Assembly (NCBI RefSeq): GCF_009914755.1
Contig: NC_060942.1
Source of the DNA: the human T2T-CHM13v2.0 reference genome, Homo sapiens
Length of the DNA: 64,000 nucleotides
Strand: one strand, 5' to 3'
Numbering within the stretch: the first letter of the stretch is position 1; each line of letters starts with the position of its first letter. The notes under the pieces were generated by a model. The model did not search any database. It saw nothing but the letters and a program-made list of their open reading frames with translations, and was not told the DNA's origin. Of the stretch, positions 63,770 to 64,000 are shown one piece after another. Made by a program: the position numbers and the translations under genes.

Positions 63770-63935
63770 AGGGGGTTCTGCAAATTTTTTCTCTAAAGGG
63801 TTAGATAGTAAATATTAGGCTTTATAGTCCATATACAGTCCCAGACACATATCCTTCATTTTCTTTTTTTTAACAACTTTTTAAAAGTGAGAAAAAATAA
63901 TTAGCTCACAGGTTGTAAAAAGTTTGCTAACTCTC
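63770..63935 (-). mobile_element. MER58-family hAT MITE
   Basis: GCAAATTTTTTCTCTAAAGGGTTAGATAGTAAATATTAGGCTTT ... AGTTTGCTAACTCT. Confidence 0.6.
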
Positions 63936-64000
63936 ACCATAGAATTCTGGCCACTACTTCCCAGTCTCTATCACACATTGTGGCTAGCCTTTATCTCCTT

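Overview
This looks like primate (human-like) non-coding, repeat-dense euchromatin. I can support no intact protein-coding exon, RNA gene or CRISPR array. The window is mostly transposon fossils: about 20 Alu/FLAM copies, old L1M/L1PA and L2/MIR fragments, MaLR/ERVL/ERV1 solo LTRs, and hAT/Tigger MITEs, many with readable target-site duplications (TSDs). It also holds one decayed, TSD-flanked processed pseudogene of ribose-5-phosphate isomerase A (RPIA; minus strand, 36465-37792). Nearly all ORFs in the supplied track are Alu, L1, LTR or microsatellite read-throughs. I did not find a new biological system. The most unusual signals are local templated rearrangements. (i) A ~99% identical inverted copy of an Alu lies inside a ~3.6 kb, almost G-free AT-rich tandem array (48.6-52.5 kb). 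(ii) A ~360 bp inverted templated insertion with its own 10-bp TSD and junction microhomology (31.0 kb, copied from 32.5-33.1 kb) appears to preserve the pre-expansion state of a (GAAA)n microsatellite. (iii) A snap-back-type filler marks a catalytic-core deletion in the RPIA retrocopy. (iv) A possible very old provirus spans about 21-28 kb. Repeat family and subfamily names come from remembered consensus sequences and need RepeatMasker/Dfam confirmation. Identities were counted by eye.
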